A stretch of 64,000 nt of DNA from the human T2T-CHM13v2.0 reference genome, Homo sapiens: assembly GCF_009914755.1 (NCBI RefSeq), contig NC_060937.1; one strand, written 5' to 3'. Below, piece after piece: positions 54,446-64,000 of the stretch (within the stretch, counting starts at the first letter, position 1; every line of letters begins with the position of its first letter). The translations under genes were made by a program, and so were the position numbers. The notes below the pieces were generated by a model. The model worked only from the letters and a program-made list of their open reading frames with translations. It searched no databases and was not told the DNA's origin.

Positions 54446-55721
54446 CCAGGACTCTGTGCTGGAGGGCTTGAGGTAAACAAGAGATAAAATTCATAAAAGC
54501 CAATGTAAACTGGATACAAATTATTTTATTTACACAATTGTTTCTATATTTTTGGTATTTATAATTTATGGGCTTGTTTTTATATTTGGTTATAGGTGAC
54601 TCCCACTCGAAATATTTTGTTATATGAAGAAAAGGCTAAGCATGAGGAGGTAGAGCCTATCTTTTAAAGAGTAGTAATAGATAACCTGTATGGCATAGAT
54701 ATTGGATTAGCAGGAGACAGGGCAAAAGGTCTCTCTTTTTTCACAAATAAAATAATAGAGGAAGATGAGGTGAATTGAGGAAGATAGTAGCAAAAGAGGT
54801 AATCATCTTCATACTTCTTTGAAACTAGTGATGTTGTTCTTAAAACCTCAGCTTACCCGAATGTCACCTCTAAAATAATTAGAATGTCACCCCATTTTAC
54901 GAATAATTTACTACCATTAGCCAAGAACTGTCATAATAAATACTCAAGTCTATGAGACTGTGATGGGAATGGCATCCCCAAGGTGCAGTCAGTGGCTCCA
55001 GCTGCTTGGCTCCTCAAACAAAGCTTTGGTTGATTTTTTAATGTCCAAATCCACCCAACAAATAGTTATCAGAGTTCAATTCAAGTTCAGGAAACATTGC
55101 ATTTGAGTCTTGGTTTTACTACCAGTTTTATTTCTTCTCAGAGGTATTGGGTGTGAATGATTAGCATAGGTTATTTTACAAACTCTCTGGACATGACTGG
55201 CATCCAAGCTCAAAATTCTCATAAACTTCCAATTAATTGTACAGTCTAACTTTGTGATATTGATTAGGGTCAGTAATTGTCTGATCTTTGCTTAGCAATT
55301 ATGGATAATTGCAATGGCATGCATGAATTAATAGAAACATATGGCACTTAAACATATTTCTTTATTAATTTTTACTGAGCTGATTTTTGTGCTAATTAAT
55401 ATGAGTGTACTCTAGAGGGCAATAAACAATAACCTCACAGGTACACATCTTGGCTTACAAATACCTGGTTCAAGGAAGGTTTATTTCCTGGATGGAATGC
55501 AGTAAATTTTTTAAAAATATTATGTATGCTTGGTTCTGTGCAATTTTAGATTTTATGATAAATTTTAATTTTAACTTTTGTATTATTTTAATTTTTGCAT
55601 TATGGGAGTAAATGATTTAATTTCACTTTTAAGATTAAATTATTTATGCATCTATTCATTTTCTCTTATGCCTATCCCCTAGTTATGTTCCCTGCTATCC
55701 TGAGTGCTTAGAATATATATA

Positions 55722-55841
55722 TTTTTTTGTTTTACGTTCAGGGTTATATGTGCAGGTTTGTTGTATAGGTAAACTTTGTGTCATGGGGGCTTTTTGTACA
55801 GATTATTTTGTCACCCAGGTTTTAAGCCTTGTACCCAATAG
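55722..55841 (-). mobile_element. Short (~120 bp) older L1PA/L1PB 3' end insertion
   Basis: gttcagggttatatgtgcaggtttgttgtataggtaaac...gtacccaatag; TSD-like tagaat(a/g)tat on both sides. Confidence 0.82.
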
Positions 55842-55849
55842 AATGTATC

Positions 55850-56700
55850 TTTAAATTGTATTTATTCCTTTAAAATATGTAGATTGTGTGTGTATTTGAC
55901 TAACATAAATGGCATTTTGCTATAGATATTTCCTGTCATAATTTTTTACTCAACATTGTTTAAAGACCCATTCACACTGCTTACCATACAAGTAGCTTTT
56001 TTGGCTTTTGACTCCTGAGAGTATTTCACTGTTTGTATTTCATCCATCCCTCAATAATGTGTGCCCCTACACTACCTTCTACTCCTTACCACCAAGTACC
56101 ATTGCAATTCAAATCTCACTCTTGGCTTGTTTGGAAAATTTATAAGAATCTTTCTAGGATTTTTGAGCCATGAATGATAATACTTAAACTATCTAATACT
56201 GCCAGTAGGGTTGCACCTGTATAAATTCCTGCAGGAAGGGCAAGATGGTTTTCTTTTTTCAGAAAACTTGTCAGTTTCAACTTTACTAACTTTTTGCCAC
56301 ATTGATATATGTAGAGTAGTACCTTACTAATGTTTCACTTATTCTACACACTAAAGAAGTTGACTGTCTCTTTAATTGTTAATGATTTACTTTTGCTTTT
56401 CTACAAATTGACTTTGCCCATTTTTCTATTGTTTCTTTTGCCTTTTTGTCAATTTTAATTAGGTCTTCTTTTGTATCATAGGTACTCTTTCACCATTGAT
56501 TTTATGTTTTGCAAATATATTGTAATATGTACATCTCTGTTAAATTTGCACAAGTTGGTTTTTATTGAACAGAAGCTCTAGACTTAGACAGTGAAACCTT
56601 AGTATGATTAACTCAAATTTATTATTTATTCCCGTATGATTTGTGATTTATTCTGGCATGTTTAGTATAGTGCTTACTCATTCCTAAGACATAAGGATGA
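55850..56700 (-). mobile_element. Degraded L1ME-like fragment
   Basis: aacataaatggcat, ttttttactcaacattg, ctttgcccatttttctattg, ttttgcaaatatatt, tttattgaacagaag motifs. Confidence 0.55.
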
Positions 56701-56789
56701 TGATCTTGACATTTTGAGAAGTACTACTGTAGGATGCACTTTATAGGAATTTGTTTGATGTTTTTCTCAGGAGTATATTGGCATATGGG

Positions 56790-58145
56790 ACTGATAAAGT
56801 TGGATTCCATTCAAATTAAAAACATTTGCTCTGTGAAAGACACTGTCTAGAGAATAAGAAGACAAGCCACAAATGGAGAAAGAATATTTGGAAAGAAATA
56901 TTTAATAAAATACTGTTGTATTTAATATTCAAACAACTCTTAAAACTGAACAATAAGAAAATGAACAAACAAGCTGTGGCTGTAGTCCCAGCTACTCAGC
57001 AAGCTGAGGTAGGAGGATTGCTTAAGCCCAGGAATTCAAGTCCAGCCTGGGTGACTGACTCTACCTCCAAAAATTAAATAAATAAATAAAATAAGGTAAA
57101 TAAAACAAGAAAATAAAAACTTACTTAAAAATGGGCAAAATATCTGAACAGACACTTCACCAAAGAAGATATGCATATAGTAAATAAGCATATACAAAGA
57201 TGATCAACATCATATGTCATTTAGGAACTGCAAATTGAAACAATAAGATACCACTAGCTATTTAATAGACTAACTAAAGTCTCAGACACTGGCAACAACA
57301 AATTCTGTTGAGGATTCTGAAGCAGTAAGATTTTGGTAAAAACGCAAAATGGCACTGTCACTTTGGAAAACACTCTAGCAGTTTCTTACAAAACCAAACA
57401 TTCTCTAACTATATGACCCACAAATTAATCTTCTTGCCATTTACCTAAGTTCATTGAAAACTTATGTCCACACACACGAAAAAAATGCACATGGAGGTTT
57501 ACAACAGTTTTCTTCACAATTGACAAAACCATGATGCCCTTCACTACTTGAATTGATAAGTAAACTGTGGTACATTCTGAAAATGGAATATTATTCACTA
57601 CTAAAAAGAACTGGGCTACCAAGCAATGAAAACATATGGAGAAAACTTAAATGCATACTACTAGGTGAAATAAGCTAATCTAAAATAAAATACATACTAT
57701 ATGATTCCAAGTATATGACATCATAGATAAGTCAAAAAGATGAAAAAAAGAAAATGATTAGTGATTGCTGGGGTAATGGGGGAGAGGATGATGAATAGGT
57801 GAAGCACAGGGTATTTTTAGCACAAGGAAACGTTTCCATGTGATACCATCATAGTAGACATATAATATGTATATGAATAATCATTATACATGTCATTACA
57901 CATTTGCCCAAACCCACAAAATGTACGGCACCAAGAATAAAGAGTCAACCCTGTAGTAACTACGGACTTTGGTTGATAATGATGGGTTAATGTTTGTCCA
58001 TTGATTGTAACAAATGTACTATTATAGAGGGGAACATCAATGGTGGAGGCTGTGCGTGTGTAGGGGGAGGAGGTATGTGAGAACTTCATATGTTTTACTC
58101 TATTTTTCTGTGAAGCTTTATTCTTATTTACCATAAAAAGAAAGT
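56790..58145 (+). mobile_element. L1MC-like ORF2 end plus 3'UTR
   Basis: aaattaaaaacatttgctctgtgaaagacactg...tctgaacagacacttcaccaaagaagatat...gtcattacacatttg...ggactttggttgataatgatg. Confidence 0.88.
56973..57095 (+). mobile_element. Alu monomer (FLAM/FRAM-like) nested in the L1MC
   Basis: ctgtagtcccagctactcagcaagctgaggtaggaggattgcttaagcccagg...ccagcctgggtgac plus (TAAA)n. Confidence 0.8.
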
Positions 58146-58169
58146 CTTAGTAAAAGATAAGGAACACAA

Positions 58170-61100
58170 TTATGTAAATTAAAGATGTACACTATTAAAC
58201 CTAATGCAACCACTGAAATCATGTCATAGCATTATAAATCATAAGCAACTTAAGAGAAAATGAAATCATAAAACTATGTAACTACTCTAAAATAAAAAAG
58301 AAAGGAAAAAGAGATAAATAGGATATATAAAAAAGCAAACAGGAATATAATAGAGCTAAACTTTATTATAGCAATTATCACATAAAATGTAAATAGTTTA
58401 CACACTCAAAAGAGATTTTGAAAAGATCCGACTATATGCTGTCTTTTGAATAAAGAAACAAATCAGTTAAAAGTGAATAAATGAAAAATATATCATGCTA
58501 ACCAAAAAAAGCTGATGAGTACATTACAATAAGACAAAGTAGATTTTAAAACAAAAAACTCCAATATTATCAAAATGATAAAAGGGTTACTTTATCATAA
58601 GAGCAACACATGGTTACAATCATGCTTACATGTAAACAAATATATTTGCACATTTAAAATAAATGAACCAGCCACTAATAAAACTGCAATGAGATATAGA
58701 TAATGCCATAATTTCAGTTTGAGATTTCAAAGGAGCTCACAATAATTGATTGAACAAGTATATAAAGACCAGTAAGAATACACCGACCAACTTGACGACA
58801 GTAGTATCTATAGAAGCCTGCATCCAACAAAAATAGAAAACACATACTATTTAGGTATACATGGAGTACTTTTGGGCATAGAAGTTAATCTGAGCCATAA
58901 AACAAATATCAATGAATTTAAAAATATCTTTTCTACTAATAATGGCATCAATAACAACCTACCAAATCACAAAATATCTAGCAGCTAAATAACACACTTC
59001 TAAATAACCCATTATCCAAAGAAGAAATAAAAAGGGAAAATATGAATATAAGTTAAGCAGTTTTAACTGGAATATTTTGAAGTGAAAACACTTCAAAATA
59101 TGTAGGATACTGCAGAAGCAGTAAGGATATTAGGGAGTAATTAACTTAATAGTGGTGAATTTCTACGTTAGAAAAGCAGAAGTGTCTTGTTAAGGTCTTC
59201 ACTTCAGCAACCACCAGAAAAAAAGAAAACCTTAAAGAAAGAAGGAAAAACAAAATTCAATGTAAGGAGAAGAAAAAAAATAAGAATTAGAGTGGAAATC
59301 AGTAAACTGGAAAACAATAGAAAAATCAATGAAGCCAAGAGCTAGTTCCTTGAGAAGATCAATAAAATTGATAAACCTCTATCCAGATACATCAGAAAGG
59401 AAAAAGGGAGAACAAAAGATATAAGCATCAGGAAAAAGAGAGGATATTAAGGAAATTGAGTTGCTAGTTAAAACAGTTACCCCAAGGAATTTTCCCAGTT
59501 CTGATGGCTTTATTGCTAGAATCAACCAAATATTTAAGGAAGAAACAACACCAATTCTACACAAACTCATTAGAAAACAAAACAAAACAAAAACAGAGTG
59601 AATATTTTGTAACCTATCCTGTTAGGTTAGCATTACTGCACTATCAACGCAAGACAAAGACACTGCAAAAAAAAAAAAAAAAAACAAATACAGACAAGTA
59701 TTCCTCATAAATCTAGATGACATTTATTTTAAATAGAAATTGAATATATCTTTCCAATCGATCTATCTATATTAATAATTCATGTACTAAATGCAGCTTA
59801 TCCTACAAATACAAGTTTGGTTAAACATTTGAAATGCAGTCAGTGTAACTCGCCATATCAACAAACTAAAACATGAGAAATAAAAGACATCTAGAATGAA
59901 AAGCAAGGAAGTAAAACTGTCATTGTGTGCAGATGGCATGATAATTCATAAAGAAATTCTAATGAAATACATAAAAAGAGCTACTAGAACTAATAAATGA
60001 GTTCAGCAAGGTTGCGGAATAAAAGAGCAATAGACAAAATCAATTGCATTTTGAACACTAGCAATGAGCAATTAAAAATTGAGATGAAAATGTTTACCAC
60101 GGGATCAAAATATGAAATACTTAAGGATAAATCTGACAAACCCGTGAAAGACCTGTACTTTGATGAGAGAAATTAAAGGAGCTCCATCTAAATGAAAAGC
60201 ATCCAGTGAGCATTAATCGGAGAAGTAATACTGTTAAAATGGCAATAAACCTCAAATTTATCTACAGGTTGATACAATTCCTATCAAAATCCCACTTAGC
60301 ATGTTTTCAGAAACCTGTAATATGATCATAAAATTCATATGGAAATGCAAAAGACCTAGGACATTCAAAACAATCTTGAAAATGATTGTAGTTGAAGAAC
60401 TAACAATACTTGATTTCAAGTTTTGGCATAAAAATACATAAATAGGTCCATGGAACAAAATAGACTTTAGATTAGAAACTAGAGTTGACCTATATAAACA
60501 ATAGATTTTTGACAAAGGGCCCAAAGCAATTCAAGGGAGAAAGTATAGTTTTTTCATAAATTATGTTGGAACAATTGTATATCCATATGTTGTTTTCCAT
60601 TTTTGTTTTTTTAAGAATATTTTTTATACTTCATACCATATTAGAATATTAACCCAACATTGATCATAGGCACAAATGTGAAACATAAAACTATAAAACT
60701 CCTAGAAGAAAACATCAGATAAAACCTTTGTCATTTCAAATGAAACAATTTCTTAGATACAACACCAAAACCAAAATCTATCAAAGAAAAAAAATGATAA
60801 ACTTCTTTCATCAAAATGAAAGCTTCTAGTCTTTGACATATATTGCTAAGACCAAATGCAAAATATGTACTGTATGAAATAAACATTTACAAATCATATA
60901 CATGATAAAATACTAGAATCCAAAATATAAAATAACTTCCAAGGCCCATAATTTAGAAACCAGCGATCCAATTTACAAAACGAGCAGGTGATTAGGACAG
61001 ATAATTCATCAAGAATGACATAGCCAATAAGCATGTGAAACATGCACATGAAAAGATGCTCAGTATGATTAGTCATTCATAAAATGCAAGTTGAAAGCAC

Positions 61101-61448
61101 AGCTCAATGCTACTGCATACATATTAGAATGGCTAAAAGCAAAAAGACGATACCAAATTTTGGTAAGCATGTGGAAGAACAGGAATTCTCATACACTAAT
61201 GGTGGGAATGTAAAATGATATAACCATTTTGGACCACAGGTTGGCAGTTTCCTAAAAATTTAAACATACATGGACTATACTGAGTGGATACACTATTATG
61301 TATTTAAGAGAAATGAAATTTATGTCTCTACAATGACTTGTACATGAATGTTCATAATAGCTTTGTTATTACCCAAAACTAGAAATAACTCAAATGTCCA
61401 TTAATTAGTAAATAGATGAGCACACTGTGGTATGTCCATACAATGGAA
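58170..61448 (+). mobile_element. Old L1M (MC/MD-like) ORF2 remnant with internal deletions
   Basis: Endonuclease-region motif ccgactatatgctgtct, aatcaatgaagccaagagctagttccttgagaagatcaataaaattgataaacctct, gaactaataaatgagttcagcaaggttgc, ending gtggtatgtccatacaatggaa; many stops. Confidence 0.85.
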
Positions 61449-63651
61449 GGCACTCTCCACCAGCCCCAGCCCCAGTAAGGAACTCTCAATCTCCTCACTG
61501 TCTCTCAGCTTGCTCATTACTTTCTATGAAAGCTGTTTTTTTCTTCTAAATAGGATAGATTCCCTCTTATCAACTATATTTCTACTGCATGAGGAATATC
61601 CACTATGATCCTTGCATTAAATTACAAATATGTGTATAGCCCTCCCTCTAAATAGGAACAGAAAATGTTATTTATATTTACATTCCAAAATTTAGAAGTA
61701 TTGATATTATAAAGAATTATTTGGAAATGAATATATCACTATGGTTAAGCTGGTCATTATATTCTTACAGAGCTATCCTAAAATTAGAACAAGCTGAATA
61801 AGCTGGAAATCAGATTTTTAGAACTTATCATAGATCTGAGTATACAAAAGAGGTTTAAATGATCTAAATTCAATAAAGAAAATGACAGGCATTCCTAGGA
61901 AGAAAAGACTTGTGGCTACTTAAAACCTTGTCTAAATGTCTTGGTTCTGCACTAATTCTAATGTGATTCGTGTACCTAGATAGGAAGAGTACTTTTCATG
62001 ATATCTATTTCCAAATCCTTTACTGAATACACCCGTTTTAACTACTCTTACTACTTTTATAATATCCGTAAGATAAAAAGAAGATAAGCATAAACTCAAT
62101 CACAAAATAAAAGCCTCTGAATACAACCACTCTAAATTCTAAATTTGTGTAGTAAGATTTAGAGTTGACCTTGCCAATGAGATGAAATTTAAACTTTGTT
62201 TTCAATGAAAGCATCAGATAGGTAACATTACTCTTAAGAAGGCTTGCAATTCTCTTTTGAAATGCAAATCTAAAACTTAGGTATTTCATAGAGCTATAAT
62301 ATGGGATGTATATAACAAGAAGATACATGTTTCATATATCCTGCAATAAAATGGGAATCAGTGAATGAGCCACCTTAATCTCTTGCCTATTTTAAAAGCT
62401 GAACGCACACTATCTAGTAAAGAAAATTGATAGAAAGGGAGACAAAATTTTAAGAAAGAGAACTACAAGTCTGAATTAGAAACATATGTGATGAATACCT
62501 CAACTCTGCTATGCTATTAGGCAGTTTTAAATACTTAAAATTTTAGCAGGAGGCTGAAAGGATTATACTATGTTTGCAGATACAATATTACATCCATTAT
62601 GTTAAGAAAACAGACTAATCAAGAAATCACTCTTTAATGTACTATGACTCATCAATTCTTGAATGTATTTTTACAATTATTAGACGTTTATGAGGTTTCC
62701 TTCAAGGATGTCACCTGGAAATAAAAGAGATGTGGAACTTCGAAAAGAATTACTTGACAGATACCTTGTATATATACATTTAGATAATCATTTTGGGAGA
62801 CCTAAAGATAAATGCTAGGAAACTAGCTTTCAACTTATGTACATCATTTGATCGCATTGCACCAGATTACTCTTAGGAGAGGGTCTGATCAACCTGATAA
62901 ACACACTCTGACTGGGAAACTGTAAGAGAGGAACAAACTCAGCATACCAGATGATGGGTTCAATGTTTGTCTGAAAGAACCAATTTACTCTGTCAAATCT
63001 TTCTATATGCAATGAGAATAATAGAAGCACCTTTTTAAATAGTTATATGAGGCTTACATTACATATTATTTGTAAAACAGCATAGTGATAGTATACATTA
63101 GATACTCTTTTTATATATAAATAAAATTAATAAACCATTGATGGTGAATCCAGAATTGAAGTTACAACTTAAAATATATACTAAAACAATATTAAAAATG
63201 ATAACTGAAAGTAGTAAAAGACTGATAGTCTTGTTTCTGATAATCTAATGATTAATAATTACAATTTGAAAATTAAGAAAATAGATTTTTAACAAGTACC
63301 AAAATCTATTTCCTCTGAGATTAATTATTTCTGAGAAGCTATTGATGAGAGTCCCTTGGGCAAGTCATATATTTTCTGGCTTCACAATTAAATGATGACC
63401 TTAAAATGAAGAAAATCTTAAGTCTTTTCCAAATCTTGACTGCTATGATTTTGATTTTAACATGTAATAAATATTTGATTTATGAGCTTAGTTTTAAGGG
63501 ATTAGAATATATTTCCTGAAAAAAACTTTGTAATTTCTAATATTCATGTATCAATAATATTTTGATAAAAATGATTTTCCAATACAGCTAGTGGTCATTA
63601 ATAAAACAGAAAAATCATTTTGAGAAAGTTTGGTAATTATAATAATTAAAC

Positions 63652-63830
63652 AATAAGAATTGCTAACATTTACTCATCACGCTTTGTTTACCAGGCACAG
63701 TGCTATGGGTTTTATTTAAATGGCTTTATTTAATATCCTCCTAAATCACATCGGGTAAGTAGTTTTCCTCATTTGACCAGAGGTTGAGAGAATTAGGTAA
63801 TACAGCACCAAGGCTGGAAATGCAGTCAAC
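63652..63830 (-). mobile_element. MIR
   Basis: gctaacatttact...ccaggcacagtgct...ttatttaat...cctcattt...gaggttgagaga...aggtaa. Confidence 0.65.
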
Positions 63831-64000
63831 CAAGTTTAGATATTAAAAAGAAGAAATACAAAGGTGAAGAAGTGATGTTTATGGAGAAAGATTACTACCT
63901 TGAAAAGGAAAGTAAACTTGAGGCCAGTGAGTGTTTCTAGTATATGGAGTTTGACTTGTCTAGTATAGTGGTGGTTGAAGTCAGAGGTTTGGGTTGTCTA

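Overview
AT-rich, repeat-dense primate genomic DNA, most likely human: it carries AluY/S/J, L1PA/L1M, THE1, LTR12C and a micro-insertion with the L1HS-diagnostic base. It reads as intergenic or deep-intronic sequence. I find no host protein-coding exon, RNA gene, CRISPR array or prokaryotic system. The ORFs in the track are broken L1 ORF2 pieces, THE1-internal, LTR or Alu read-throughs, microsatellite translations, or chance ORFs in AT-rich DNA. Main elements: a TSD-flanked LTR12C solo LTR (45407-46906), a complete two-LTR THE1D-type MaLR provirus (31647-33863), several truncated L1s, a dozen Alus or Alu fragments, MLT1 and MER21 LTRs, and DNA-transposon fossils (Tigger2a, MER3, MER30, MER58, MER96, MER5A). 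I see no evidence of a new biological system. The best second-look items are: (i) a 57-bp L1HS-type insertion with a perfect 16-bp TSD that may be polymorphic; (ii) a multi-template patchwork insertion inside an AluJ, copied from nearby sequence; (iii) an LTR12C promoter followed by a candidate exon; (iv) a twin-priming inversion in an old L1MA; (v) an L1M with both ends present but most of ORF2 missing. Subfamily names come from recalled consensus motifs, not from a database search, and boundaries of old elements are approximate.
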